NCBI GenBank assembly: GCA_964016885.1 | Contig: OZ024743.1 | Location: 201,190,001 to 201,254,000 of the forward strand | Direction of reading: 5' to 3' | Source of the DNA: Eledone cirrhosa | Taxonomy: Eukaryota | Length of the DNA stretch: 64,000 bases | In this document: one piece after another, positions 36,668-50,404 of the stretch | Layout: every line of letters begins with the position of its first letter | How positions within the stretch are numbered: position 1 is the first letter of the stretch | Notes under the pieces: generated by a model | What the model was told of the DNA's origin: nothing | Database searches by the model: none | Seen by the model: only the letters and a program-made list of their open reading frames with translations | Program-made: the position numbers and the translations under genes

Positions 36668-37237
36668 TCCGAATTAGTGTGGTATAGACAAGTACATATG
36701 TTGTTGAGGTGTATAATATTGTCAATACTCTGATATGCCCAGTTCCTGGTTGAGTTGTTATTTCACTGAGGAACTGGAATATTTTACATTACTCCAGAGT
36801 AACCAAACCAACCTGCGCACTTCGTCGAGTGCTCCAGCCTGCATACTGAGGTGTTGGTATACAACCAACATATACTCAAAATATATATATATTTATATAT
36901 ATATATATATATATATGATATAATATATATATTTATATATATCTATATATCAGGGTGTAGTCAGATGCAATGATGTACACATATGCACATTGCTGCAACA
37001 GAAATCAGAGACAGCTGTGTTATCTCTGCATAACACAGCAGAACATACTTTGTTTATTTGTGAATGTGCGTTTGTATATGTGAGTGTGTGTATATTTACA
37101 TATATATACTGACACATATATGTAACTATCTATATACCCTCACATTCTTATGTGTATGCATTGCACCAAAATGCCTGCAGTATAACTGAAACCAGTTATA
37201 TACATATATATATATACGCACACACACACACACACAC

Positions 37238-37280
<43 letters not shown>

Positions 37281-37284
<4 letters not shown>

Positions 37285-37370
37285 GTTTCTACTTTTGGCA
37301 CAAGGCCAGCAATTATTCCAGTGCATTACTGTTACTTTATTTTATCGACCCCGTAAGGATGAAAGGCAAA
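37281..37370 (-). mobile_element. SINE 3' fragment between (AAT)n tracts
   Basis: Matches 31650-31738. Confidence 0.8.
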
Positions 37371-37383
37371 AATAATAATAATG

Positions 37384-37472
<89 letters not shown>

Positions 37473-37474
<2 letters not shown>

Positions 37475-39079
37475 TTTCATTTATTAGCCACCAGGGCCGA
37501 CATGTAGGGGACAATACAAAGACAGGGACAGTGGGGGTTTACAATAAGGTGGAGTAAAAGTGCACAATGGCAAGACTAATTTAACAATGAAAATATAAAA
37601 ATATAAAATAAACTATGCATAAATATAACAAAATAAATTCCCTGATAGGGGGTGTACGACTCTGGGGTGCTTCAGGTACCCCACCAATCCTGAACCAACC
37701 TGCGCTTCTGGGGCACCCAGGGAGAGCACCCCTCTCCTCAAGTTAGCTAGCCTATAGGCGCATGGTCAGAGTAGGCCTATTCACACGAGCCTTTCTCGCC
37801 ACATTCACCCACCTGTTAGCAAATGTACTGGGGGGCAGCACTTCTCTCTCCACTCTCACCTTCCTTTCCAGGTGAAACTTGAAGAAGTTGATGAGGGATT
37901 GGCCGAAGAGAACAGTGTCTGTCTTTAGTCCTTTCAACCTGGTCCAACATATAATCTCTTTCGCAACTGCCACCAGACAGAGGAAAATTTTCTGCTCTTC
38001 CTGACCTAAGGAAGGCGGTGGATCGATCTTCGTTATGGACTCGGCAGATAGCCGGATTCGTTCTACACGCGACAGTAGCTGTTTGACATAACACCACAAG
38101 TCAGTAATGCACGATCATTGGACAAGTGCGTGCAGAACGGTTTCGTCGTTCTGTGCGCATCTTGGGCATGTCCGTCTGACAGCACTTCCGTGCCTGTAGA
38201 GTTTATCCCGAACTGGCAGTGCCCCCCCGGTAGCACTGCCAAGCGAGGGATTTCTGGAAATTGTCCATCGTCCCCGGCTCAAAAGTCCTCCGGTACAGAC
38301 TGGTCAGTTCGACTTCGTCGAGGCCCAAAGCTTCTCCGAGTGCGTCATCGCACTTGCCCACCACTAATCCTCTATAGAACTCGAGAGTGGAAGTTCCACT
38401 GATCGCATTGCCTGCTTGGTAGAGGGCAATGAGTGCCTGGCAATATTCCAGGTGCCAGTCACCCAGTCTCGGTCTCTTCTTGCCCCAGGACTGCAGCTCA
38501 GTCAAAGAAATGAGCTGCGGAAAGGCCCGTCTGATAAACGGCGACCACACCTGTTCACCGTTGAGGCAGAATATCTGGAGATGTCGCAGCCTCAACGCAT
38601 GTCTGCACATCATTAGCCACGGCATGCCCAGCCCTCCGCGTAGAGGGTGCTGGTAGCAGATGGACCACCTCACCAACGGAACTTGTCCCCTCCACAAGAA
38701 TTTGAAGAGGAGCCGTTCCAGCTTGACGAGGCGCTGACGGGGGCAAGGCACGACGGTCAGGCGGTAGTAGATGATGGACGCGATGTACGCATTCGCCACC
38801 TCCGCGCAACCTTTCAGTGATAGCTTCCTCCCAGCCCATTTTTGGGTGAGACTGGCTACTCTGCTCGTTACCTCGTCCCAATTCTTTTCCACCTGGAGGT
38901 CTGGTCCGAACCAAACCCCGAGCAACTTTACCGGTCCGTCCGCCCAGCGCCCCACGACGCTGTTGGACGGCATGGGCTTGCCTCTCCAGGTTCCGAGCTG
39001 CAAGCCCACCGACTTTTCCGGGTTAAGTTTGGCTCCTGTCAACCTTTCATATTCCTTCAATAAGGTGCCGACCACCTCA
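37473..39079 (-). mobile_element. Tx1-like LINE, sister family, 5'-truncated with frameshifts
   Basis: ORFs 38203-39075 and 37752-38099 are homologous to the ORF2 C-terminal half; (AAT)n on both flanks. Confidence 0.92.
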
Positions 39080-39876
39080 TTAATAATAATAATAATAATG
39101 AATAGGGCCGATATACTATGATGATGATGATATATATATAGATATATATAGATATATATATATAGATATATAGATATATAAATACATATGCATATATATA
39201 TATATAAATATATATATATATATCATCCTCATTATAATCATCATATATATAGGTATTAATATATTTGTTGACATATATTTCACATAGTTTTGCAGATATG
39301 CATGCAAGCATGTCCGACAGCCTGGTCATTATTGAGGTAACAATGACAGAAGCAGCAACAGCAGCAGCAGCAATGGCAGCAGTCCCAGCAGTTGAAGAAG
39401 AATGCTGTCCACACCACTTGCATCATCTCCGATGTAGCTACCCTGCAGGCTTTTATGCACTTGATGTGTAAATCTTTGTCAATAAAGACTGATTATTGTG
39501 AGTATCATAAACCTTCTCCCTACTCCTTACCTCAACCACCACCCCACCACCACCACACCATTTGTGAGTATCATAAACCCTCACCCTTCTCCTTACCACC
39601 ACCACCACCTTTCTTATATTACCCCCTTTCTCTCTTATCATCTCCCCTTCACTCTCTCTTATCCTATCCCCCTCTCTCATTTTTTCCTATTCTCTCTCTT
39701 ATCTATCCCTTTATCCCCTCTTCTCTCTCTCTTATCTATCCTCTTATAGCTCGCTCCCTTCTCTATACATGAGTATCTTTATTAATTCTGTCAGTCATTC
39801 ACAATAACAAGACTACAGTCTGTAGTGGGTTAGCTTGTCAATGACTTAGACAAGGCTCTCATAACAGATTAAAACA

Positions 39877-40070
39877 TAATTGTTTCTACTTTTGGCACAA
39901 GGCCAGTAATAACCCAGTACATTACTGGTACTTTATTTTATCGACCCCATAAGGGTGAAGGGCAAAGTTAACCTCGGCGGGATTTGAACTCAGAATGGCA
40001 AGGGCCGTAACTCTATATGTCAAAGCATGGCGTCCGACCCTCTACCGACACTGCCAATCCACCGCTCTCA
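39877..40070 (-). mobile_element. Near full-length tRNA-derived SINE (Nin/Deu-like core)
   Basis: Head agcggtggattggcagtgtcggtag, B box gagttcaaatcc, core ggggtcgataaaataaagtacc. Confidence 0.85.
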
Positions 40071-40453
40071 GCTTAAAACATATTGATGACATCAATGATG
40101 ATGATGATGCAGCTGCTGATGATAATAATGATGATGATGCAAATGCTTCCTTACAGCACTGCATGCAGCAACATCAACACCATCTCTCCTTATATTGATA
40201 TTTAGATGAATGCTGGCCAGCTAGTGTATACATAGTCATGCCTATACAAGCATAATGCCGTTAGCTTCTTGCTAAAACAATCTCTATACCTCTCATTTAT
40301 ATATATATATATATATATATATATGCAAAGTTTTATTCAAATTGTTGGGTTACAACGAGTAAATATTTATAACTGATATAAAAGCACTCAACAAGTATTT
40401 GGAGTATATTTACGAGATTAAATAAATGGAAACTATATTTATAAAACCATATT

Positions 40454-40519
40454 TATTTCATTATATATATTTCAGGGATATCATATTAAAAATATGGTAT
40501 GCCTTCATCAGACAAAATA
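40454..40519 (-). ncRNA. Hammerhead ribozyme motif in the PLE pLTR
   Basis: Reverse complement of 44661-44726. Confidence 0.75.
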
Positions 40520-40784
40520 CAATATAAACAGTCTTATAAATAGATAGATTTGACATACCTTACAACTTCAACTTCCATTTAAAAAGTTGATTTGGTAGTG
40601 AAAAATGTTAGGGACAGTTATAAAAAGAAAGAAAGAAAGAAAGCGAAGAAAAAGAAGAAATGCATGCAACGAAAAACAGAGAGAGATAGATATAGAGAGA
40701 TAGATAGAGAGAAGAAATTCATGTAAAGAAAAAACAGAGAGAGATAGATAGAGAGAGAAAAAAGACAGAGGGAGATAGATAGAG

Positions 40785-40816
<32 letters not shown>

Positions 40817-41956
40817 AAAAATAGAGAGAGATAGATATAGATAGAGATAGAGAGAAAGAAAATAGGTAGTTGGGCACCAGTTGAATGACGTATCAATGAT
40901 ATATTTATTTATTTATTTATTTATTTAGTTCTAGTATTAAGGTAGAGAGAGATATATGTGGTTAGGAGAGAAAACCGCCGTTACATAGAGAGAAAAGAAA
41001 AATATCCAGAGATAAACGAGGCAGATTTAAAACATTATGTTTCATCAATCTAAAAATATCAATTCGTATGAATTAGGTATTATAATGTAAATATCAGTAT
41101 TCATGAATGAGACACGTATCAATAATGTGTGAAAAATAATGATCATATGTCTAGTTTAAAATTCCTAGATTTATAATCAGAGCTGAGAAAAAAAAAACTG
41201 AGATAAAAAAAAAAAAACTGAGATAAAAAAACTGAGATAAAAAACTGAAATAAAAAAACTGAGATAAAAAACTTCAAAAAAAAAAATTGAAATACATAAG
41301 TATATATGCACTTTCATGAAAAAAGAAAAAGAAAATAGAAGGTTATCCCAGATTCGATACTATAGACATCCATGTGAATTTACGTGATCAACTCTGCAAA
41401 TTCCCATTTCACATGAAAACATTCTCATTGTGCTATAAAAATTCTAGTATACATATATGTGTACATACACACAAATATATATAGAATCTACATTAATTTT
41501 AACAATACTATTCTTGTCTTTACTCTACATGATTATCGTTCAAGCATAAATAGACAACAGATATCAATATATCAATAAAAATATTAAAAAAATTAAAAAA
41601 TATTAAAAATAAAACACAGTATGCCCCGCAAATCAACCACAGAAATCAACCTTTCAAAATTAATTGACAATATATTGCCAAGTTCATTATAAGCATCAGA
41701 ATCAAAAACAAACAAAACCAAAATTATTTACCAAATCCTGTCTAGCAGAAATCATTCCAAAAGTTTAGGATACCCATTTGATCTACAGATGGTCTTATAT
41801 TTATTATAGAAGTTTATCTAGTGTAAAATTTATTCGATATATTTGGAGCATCAGCTTTTAGGGTAGTTTAATTATTCATGAAGAATGTTTAAAAAAAAGA
41901 AATCGAAAGATTTATCGGCGAGTTTCATAAATAATTACAAATCATAAGTAAATATA

Positions 41957-42883
41957 CTACATTTTAAATTTATATTTATATTTAAAAGTTGAGTTCAATC
42001 TATGTCTGCAGCAACTGAATAAATTTGTCCGTAAATTAAGGGAATTTTTAGATTTTAGTATAAAGAATATCTCCTCCGCGCAGAGGTCACATGTCTCAGA
42101 AGATGAATTAAAAGGAATCCCTCTTGAGACTATATTCCAAGCCGTCGAATATCCAACGTTATCATGCTTAAGTTGCCAGAATAAGCCTGATAGTGATGTT
42201 GAAGATTTTTTGCTTGGATCTGTGAAAGAATTCTTGTGGTTATTATAGCGAAGTTTAAATTCTGTCGAGGTGGAACCAACATAGTTAAAAGAATTCAAGT
42301 CCGTTTTAACATTACAGTTGTATATTATATTTTTAACTAAGCAATTGTTATTTAACGGACATTTAGATCTATCTCTACAGTTACATTTGTTTACTTGGAT
42401 ATTATTTATGCTATTATCGGTATTTTGGCTAGGTTTTAAATTCCTATTATTTATTCTATTAATATTTTGTGCTAAATTTTTGGTGGATGAGTAAGTTAAT
42501 TTTATAGTATGTCTATTGAAAATTGAGTGATACTTATGTGTTCTAGGGAAGCGATTATCAAGAGCATTAAAAAATAGTTTAGCGATGTGGGTTTTAATGT
42601 TTAGTGAGAAAGGGGGGGCAAACCATATTATATTCCTAGTTCTATTTCTTTTTTGGCTTTTGGAATTATTGTAATGCTTTCTATTATAGTTGTTAAAGTT
42701 GTTGCCGTAATTAAAATTGTTGTTATTTTGGTTAGTTTGTCTATTATTATCTATGTACATAATTTTATCACTATATCCTGCTCTAGCTAACGCTTCATTG
42801 TAATACTGGGCTTTTTCGTCGAAAATCTTTTTATTAGATGAGATTCTAGAGATACGTTTTTGAACAGAGTTCACTATAGTATT
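41957..42883 (-). CDS. PLE ORF C-terminal part: RT thumb/linker and GIY-YIG endonuclease (5'-partial)
   Basis: YNEALARAGY, RNIIWFAPPFS, CNCR....CPL...CL, NIIY...NYVGST..FKLRYNNHK, CDLCAEE, LNLR, CRH. Confidence 0.88.
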   Translation of the reverse strand, partial: NTIVNSVQKRISRISSNKKIFDEKAQYYNEALARAGYSDKIMYIDNNRQTNQNNNNFNYGNNFNNYNRKHYNNSKSQKRNRTRNIIWFAPPFSLNIKTHIAKLFFNALDNRFPRTHKYHSIFNRHTIKLTYSSTKNLAQNINRINNRNLKPSQNTDNSINNIQVNKCNCRDRSKCPLNNNCLVKNIIYNCNVKTDLNSFNYVGSTSTEFKLRYNNHKNSFTDPSKKSSTSLSGLFWQLKHDNVGYSTAWNIVSRGIPFNSSSETCDLCAEEIFFILKSKNSLNLRTNLFSCCRHRLNSTFKYKYKFKM

Positions 42884-44365
42884 TAATTCTTTTAACTATG
42901 TTGGTTCCACCTCGACAGAATTTAAACTTCGCTATAATAACCACAAGAATTCTTTCACAGATCCAAGCAAAAAATCTTCAACATCACTATCAGGCTTATT
43001 CTGGCAACTTAAGCATGATAACGTTGGATATTCGACGGCTTGGAATATAGTCTCAAGAGGGATTCTTTTTAATTCATCTTCTGAGACATGTGACCTCTGC
43101 GCGGAGGAGATATTCTTTATACTAAAATCTAAAAATTCCCTTAATTTACGGACAAATTTATTCAGTTGCTGCAGACATAGATTGAACTCAACTTTTAAAT
43201 ATAAATATAAATTTAAAATGTAGTATATTTACTTATGATTTGTAATTATTTATGAAACTCGCCGATAAATCTTTCGATTTCTTTTTTTTAAACATTCTTC
43301 ATGAATAATTAAACTACCCTAAAAGCTGATGCTCCAAATATATCGAATAAATTTTACACTAGATAAACTTCTATAATAAATATAAGACCATCTGTAGATC
43401 AAATGGGTATCCTAAACTTTTGGAATGATTTCTGCTAGACAGGATTTGGTAAATAATTTTGGTTTTGTTTGTTTTTGATTCTGATGCTTATAATGAACTT
43501 GGCAATATATTGTCAATTAATTTTGAAGGGTTGATTTCTGTGGTTGATTTGCGGGGCATACTGTGTTTTATTTTTAATATTTTTTAATTTTTTAAATATT
43601 TTTATTGATATATTGATATCTGTTGTCTATTTATGCTTGAACGATAATCATGTAGAGTAAAGACAAGAATAGTATTGTTAAAATTAATGTAGATTCTATA
43701 TATATTTGTGTGTATGTACACATATATGTATACTAGAATTTTTATAGCACAATGAGAATGTTTTCATGTGAAATAGGAATTTGCAGAGTTGATCACGTAA
43801 ATTCACATGGATGTCTATAGTATCGAATCTGGGATAACCTTCTATTTTCTTTTTCTTTTTTCATGAAAGTGCATATATACTTATGTATTTCAATTTTTTT
43901 TTTTTTTGAAGTTTTTTATCTCAGTTTTTTAATTTCAGTTTTTTATCTCAGTTTTTTTATCTCAGTTTTTTTTATCTCAGTTTTTTTTTTCTCAGCTCTG
44001 ATTATAAACCTAGGAATTTTAAACTAGACATATGATCATTATTTTTCACACATTATTGATACGTGTCTCATTCATGAATACTGATATTTACATTATAATA
44101 CCTAATTCATACGAATTGATATTTTTAGATTGATGAAACATAATGTTTTAAATCTGCCTCGTTTATCTCTGGATATTTTTCTTTTCTCTCTATGTAACGG
44201 CTGTTTTCTCTCCTAACCACATATATCTCTCTCTACCTTAATACTAGAACTAAATAAATAAATAAATAAATAAATAAATATATCATTGATACGTCATTCA
44301 ACTGGTGCCCAACTACCTATTTTCTTTCTCTCTATCTCTATCTATATCTATCTCTCTCTATTTTT

Positions 44366-44397
<32 letters not shown>

Positions 44398-44660
44398 CTA
44401 TCTATCTCCCTCTGTCTTTTTTCTCTCTCTATCTATCTCTCTCTGTTTTTTCTTTACATGAATTTCTTCTCTCTATCTATCTCTCTATATCTATCTCTCT
44501 CTGTTTTTCGTTGCATGCATTTCTTCTTTTTCTTCGCTTTCTTTCTTTCTTTCTTTTTATAACTGTCCCTAACATTTTTCACTACCAAATCAACTTTTTA
44601 AATGGAAGTTGAAGTTGTAAGGTATGTCAAATCTATCTATTTATAAGACTGTTTATATTG

Positions 44661-44726
44661 TATTTTGTCTGATGAAGGCATACCATATTTTTAATATGAT
44701 ATCCCTGAAATATATATAATGAAATA
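44661..44726 (+). ncRNA. Hammerhead ribozyme motif in the PLE pLTR
   Basis: tattttgt-CTGATGA(44669-44675)-aggcataccatatt/aatatgatatccct-GAAA(44707-44710)-tatata-TA-atgaaata. Confidence 0.75.
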
Positions 44727-44887
44727 AATATGGTTTTATAAATATAGTTTCCATTTATTTAATATCGTATATATATATATATATATATATATAATTGTAT
44801 GTAAAAGGTAAACAGAAATAACAACTCAATCGGTAGAGTATATAGAAGGAATATATTAAGTAAACGCTTGGTATAGCAGGAAGAGGG

Positions 44888-44923
44888 TCTTAACATTTCG
44901 GACGCTAGTCCTTCATCAGAAGA
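44888..44923 (-). ncRNA. Very minimal hammerhead motif in a separate PLE pLTR fragment (~44795-45000)
   Basis: Minus strand: tctt-CTGATGA-aggac-tagc-gtcc-GAAAT-GTT-aaga. Confidence 0.6.
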
Positions 44924-45077
44924 AAGAATGAGAAATAAGATAGATTGAAGGGACAGGCGGGTTGGAATTGGAAAAAAATGTCTATAGATAAAAATAACAG
45001 GTCCATTCATGTTGACATCTCTTGGGAAACTGTTGGTACTGGCGTTTTGTGTATGATTTATTTATATATATACATAT

Positions 45078-45425
45078 ATCATCATCACCAACATCACCGT
45101 TTTACGTCCATTCTTCCACGCCGGCATGGGTTAGATGGATTGTCCTGTTGTGGGCAATGCCAGGTCAGGTGACTATTCTTTTTCATATAAAACTGGTTCT
45201 GGCTTGATTTCTACAGTCTGATGCCCTTCCTAACACCATCCTCATTTACAGTGTGGACTGTGTGCTTTTTGTCATGACACCTACATGACGACTTTACAGT
45301 GGGAGTGGGTGAGGGCATACTGTCTATATGCTTCAGCTATGGCTTGAACCTGTAGCAAGTCGGGTCTTCTGTATTACTGCGTAACACCAGAGGTCTCGGT
45401 CCTGTTTGATTGCCTTTGAGAGGTG

Positions 45426-45428
<3 letters not shown>
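45078..45428 (-). mobile_element. RTE 3' fragment (subfamily of 7478-8148)
   Basis: Similar 3' UTR and last codons. Confidence 0.85.
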
Positions 45429-45519
<91 letters not shown>

Positions 45520-45520
45520 T

Positions 45521-45702
45521 ATAAATAGTCAGGACTTAATGGCTGAGCTCTTGCCATTTCTACAGCTAGTCTGGGACTAGTTGTTGAAATGACAAGAGCT
45601 CAGCCATCGGATCCTGACTATTTATGATATAACCATACTCTACTACCCTAAGTTTATAGTACTCTGTTGAGTAATAAACAGTCACAAACTGAATCCATCC
45701 TC
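45521..45702. mobile_element. Hairpin mini-element (arms 45521-45571 / 45575-45625 plus tail), relative of 22992-23188 in opposite orientation
   Basis: Palindrome; tail motif actctactaccctaa is the reverse complement of 23053-23067. Confidence 0.7.
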
Positions 45703-45789
45703 ATATATACATACATACATATATATATATATACACATATATAAATACATACATATATATATATTAGGCAAACTACCAGGCAGGGCAAA

Positions 45790-45975
45790 CTATGTATGCA
45801 GTAGATGTACAAGGAAATTTGACAGTAGGAGTCGCAGTGATAGACAGATTTTTCAAAAGCAGTTTGGTTCTATAGAAGTGGTTGATAGCTTCCGGTACCT
45901 AGGTGATTAGATTAGCATGGCAGGGGGATGTTCCAAGGCCATAGTATCTAGAATAAGGACGGTTTGTTCCAAAAA
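45790..45975 (+). pseudogene. Old RTE internal fragment
   Basis: Translates SIEVVDSFRYLGD*IS. Confidence 0.65.
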
Positions 45976-46294
45976 GATGACCAGTACGAGCTGAAGGTCC
46001 GCTAAGGTGAAACAATTGTTCTCGGTATGGTGAACTAACTGCTGTGTTACCACTTCTATATACATATATATATATACACACCCACACACGCACACACACA
46101 CATATATATATATATATATTTATATAAATAGATAGATTTCTCTATGTATATTGGGAGGAGGCCCTAGTTTAAAAAGGTACTCAATACATTAGTAGAGTAT
46201 GGCATATTTATTTTATTATTTATTTTATTACAAATGAAACAGTTCTAGTTAAGCAAAAGTAATTTCTATAAATGACAAGATAAATATAAATAGT

Positions 46295-46626
46295 TGTGTA
46301 GGTGTCACAACAAAAAGCATCCTGCCCACACTGTAAAGTGATCATGTAGGTGTCACAACAGAAAGCACTCAACCCACACTGTAAAGTGATCGTGTAGGTG
46401 TCACGACACAAAAGGCATACAGCCCACACTATAAAGTTATTGTGTAGGTGTCATCACGAAAACACCCAATACTCACTGTAAATGTGGTTGGCATTAAGAA
46501 GGGCATCCAGCTGTAGAAACCAAGCCTAAATCAGTTCTGTATGAGCAAGACATGGTCATCTGACCTGACCTATCTCACAATAAGACAACATGTCTAATCC
46601 ATGCTAGTGTGGAAAAATGGACATAA
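46295..46626 (+). mobile_element. RTE/SINE 3' UTR with ~4 tandem ~48-bp subrepeats
   Basis: gtaggtgtcac...cccacactgtaaagtgatc repeats, followed by ggttggcattaagaagggcatccagctgtagaaa. Confidence 0.75.
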
Positions 46627-46944
46627 CAGCTCATGTGTTATCCTTAAATCAAACAGACACATTCAATGTTTTCCAGAGACTGGATTCCATCAAATTAACG
46701 TAGGATGTGATGCCGTGGTGTTCATCTGGATAATGGATTAAGTCAACCACCCAGGCTACAGCAGTCAATTCTAATGTCTACCTAGTAAACTTCACTCAAA
46801 AATAGTTGACATGAACTGAAGTTATAAAAGGAACCATATCTGAAAGGTTGTATTAAGTGGTATCAAAACTGGGCCCACATGAGGGCTAAGCTTGCTTTGA
46901 TGATATATATATAGATAGATATATGTGTGATATATGTATATATT

Positions 46945-47165
46945 TGTAAGTCCTGGGTTCAATCGTGGGTAACCACAGTAAGTAAGGTACTCAATACATT
47001 AGTAGCGTGTATACAACAACATTTAATATAGAAACAGCTTCTACAGGACTAGAGATGTTTCATTCAAAGGAAATCATCAAGGCTTTTCCTGATGATTTCC
47101 TTTCAATGAAACTGTTCTAGTCCTGTAGAAGCAATATGTCTGTATTAATATTAAATTTTGTTATA
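46945..47165. mobile_element. Fold-back insertion (core arms 47037-47079 / 47090-47132) with truncated hammerhead-like cores
   Basis: CTGATGA at 47089-47095 and GAAA at 47108-47111; the mirror copy has TTGATGA; TA-rich flanks. Confidence 0.55.
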
Positions 47166-47190
47166 TATATATATGGAGAGAGAGAGAGAA

Positions 47191-47270
<80 letters not shown>

Positions 47271-47659
47271 GAAGTGAAAGAAAAGAATTGAAGATAGAAC
47301 TTATTGCATGACATTTCTGAACATGTTACATTTAACATTTAGCTGGAAATCCACTTTCTTCTATCCATAATTTGAGTATCTTCCTTCTATCCGTAACGTA
47401 CATAACGTAAGTATCTTCCTACTCATTCAGTTTAAGTTACCCAGTTTCTCATTCATGCTGATATTCTTTGTGAAGTCATTTCAGATAATTTTACCATTTA
47501 TTTGTAGGTCTTTTGACTTTTGTTCTTCAAAACCTTAGATTGTTATTAGTTTTGGTTGTTGTCAAGCCATTTAGTTCCTTTCTCTTATCAGCCGATGCTT
47601 TCTTTCCTTCGTTAGCAACAGACTTTGCCTTGAACCATTATTAGCCACAAAAGGGAAAA

Positions 47660-49730
47660 ACAACAGCAGCAGCACCTGCAACAACACCAATAGCCACAGC
47701 AACAACAACACCAATAGCCACACCAACAACAACACCAATAGCAACAGCAACAACAACAACAATAGCAACAGCAACAACAACACCAATAGCCACAGCAACA
47801 ACAACACCAATAACCACAGCAATAATAACACCAATAGCAACAGCAACAACAACACCAATAGCAACAGCAACAACAACAACAGCAGCAGCAACTGCAACAA
47901 CAACAATAGCAACAGCAACAACAACAACAGCAGCAGCACCTGCAACAACAACAATAGCAACAGCAACAACAACACCAATAGCCACAGCAACAACAACACC
48001 AATAGCAACAGCAACAACAACAACAACAATAGCAACAGCAACAACAACACCAATAGCAATAGCAACAACAACAACAATAGCAACAGCAACAACAACACCA
48101 ATAGCCACAGCAACAAAAAACACCAATAGCAACAGCAACAACAACACAAATAGCAACAGCAACAACACCAATAGCAACAGCAACAACAACACCAATAGCC
48201 ACAGCAACAACAACAACAATAGCAACAGCAACAACAACACCAATAGCAACAGCAACAACAACACCAATAGCCACAGCAACAACAACAACAACAACAACAG
48301 CCACAGCAATAACAACACCAATAGCAACAGCAACAACAACACCAATAGCAACAGCAACAACAATAGCAACAGCAACAACAACACCAATAGCAACAGCAAC
48401 AACAACACCAATAGCAACAGCAACAACAACAACAACAACAACAGCCACATCAACAACAACACCAATAGCCACAGCAACAACAACAACAATAGCAACAGCA
48501 ACAACAACAACAACAATAGCAACAGCAACAACAACACCAATAGCAACAGCAACAACAACACCAATAGCAACAACAATAACAACACCAATAGCCACAGCAA
48601 CAACAACACCAATAGCAACAACAACAACAACACCAATAGCAACAACAACAACAACATCAATAGCAACAGCAACAACAACACTAATAGCCACAGCAACAAC
48701 AACAACAACAATAGCAACATCAACAACAACACCAATAGCAACAGCAACAACAACAACAATAGCAACAGTAACAACAACACCAATAGCAATAGCAACAACA
48801 ACAACAATAGCAACAGCAATAACAACACCAATAGCAACAGCAACAACAACACCAATAGCAACAGCAACAACAACACCAATAGCAACAGCAACAACAACAC
48901 CAATAGCAACAGCAACAACACCAATAGCAATAGCAACAACAACACCAATAGCAACAGGAACAACAACAACAACAACAATAGCAACAGCAACAACAACACC
49001 AATAGCAACAGCAACAACAACACCAATAGCAACAGCAATAACAACAACAATAGCAACAGCAACAACAACACCAATAGCAACAGCAACAACAATACCAATA
49101 GCAACAGCAACAACAACAATAGCAACAGCAACAACAACAACAATAGCAACAGCAACAACAACATCAATAGCCACAGCAACAACAACAACAACAATAGCAA
49201 CAGCAACAACAACACCAATAGCCACAGCAATAACAACACCAATAGCAACAGCAACAACAACACCAATAGCCACAGCAACAACAACAACACCAATAGCAAC
49301 AGCAACAACAACACCAATAGCAACAGCAACAACAACACCAATAGCCACAGCAGCAACAACAACAACAATAGCAACAGCAACAACAACAACAATAGCAACA
49401 GCAACAACAACAATAGCAACAGCAACAACAAAAATAGCAACAGCAACAACAACAACAACACCAATAGCAACAACAGCAATAACAACAGCAACAACAGCAG
49501 CAGCAGCAACAACAGAAGCATCAACAGCAGTAACATCAATAACAACACCACCACCACCAACAACAACACCACCACCAACAACAACAACAACACCAATAGT
49601 AACAACAACAATAGCAACAACAACTACAATGGCAGAAACAAATGTGAAAATGAAAACAATAGTAACAGCAACAACAACAATGCAACAACAACAACAATAG
49701 CAACAACAACAGCAACAATAGCAACAACAA
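47660..49730. repeat. (CAA)-derived ~24-bp array (caatagcaacagcaacaacaacac)
   Basis: Direct. Confidence 0.95.
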
Positions 49731-49829
49731 CTAAAATCGAAACAATAGCAATCCAGTTCTCCTGGATAGAAGAAAAATAAAAACAACAACTACAATAACA
49801 ACAAAACACATCCATTCTATCTCTCTTTA

Positions 49830-50220
49830 TCATACACACACACACACACACACATATATACAGACACATATACACACACACATACATACACATATAAAAA
49901 CACACACACACATATACAAACACACACACACATATATACAAACACACACACACATATATGCAAACATGCACACACACATATACAAACACACACACATACA
50001 CAGACACACACACATATACAAACACAAACAAACACAGACAAACACACACACATACACATAGACACACACACACGCACCTATACATACACACACACATATA
50101 CACACACACACATATATGCAAACACACACACATATATACAGACACACACATACACACACACACACATACACACACATATATACACACACATATACAAACA
50201 CATACAGATACACACATAAA
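49830..50220. repeat. Imperfect (CA/TA)n
   Basis: Direct. Confidence 0.95.
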
Positions 50221-50404
50221 AGACAAATGGAAAACAAGAAAAGACACTGACATGCAAACAGCAGAAGACCAAAATATGATAAACATTAGACAACAACAAC
50301 AACAAACAAAGCCCAAATGCCCATCCCTCCCACACACCTCCATCTCCATCATTACCTTTTACACCTTCACCACCACAACCACCGTCACTACCCAGGATAT
50401 AGGA

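Larger units (their letters stand above)
40325..44769 (-). mobile_element. Penelope-like retroelement, 5'-truncated, with a ~1.89-kb inverted duplication (arms 40411-42295 / 42885-44769)
   Basis: GIY-YIG ORF, near-identical inverted arms, a hammerhead in each arm, ~85-bp one-sided tail, (TA)n flanks. Confidence 0.92.

Noticed and set aside
41957-42874. Selenoprotein-type or N-terminal-EN (Naiad) PLE
   Set aside because: The EN is C-terminal, the cysteines are ordinary codons with no in-frame TGA, and hammerheads are present.
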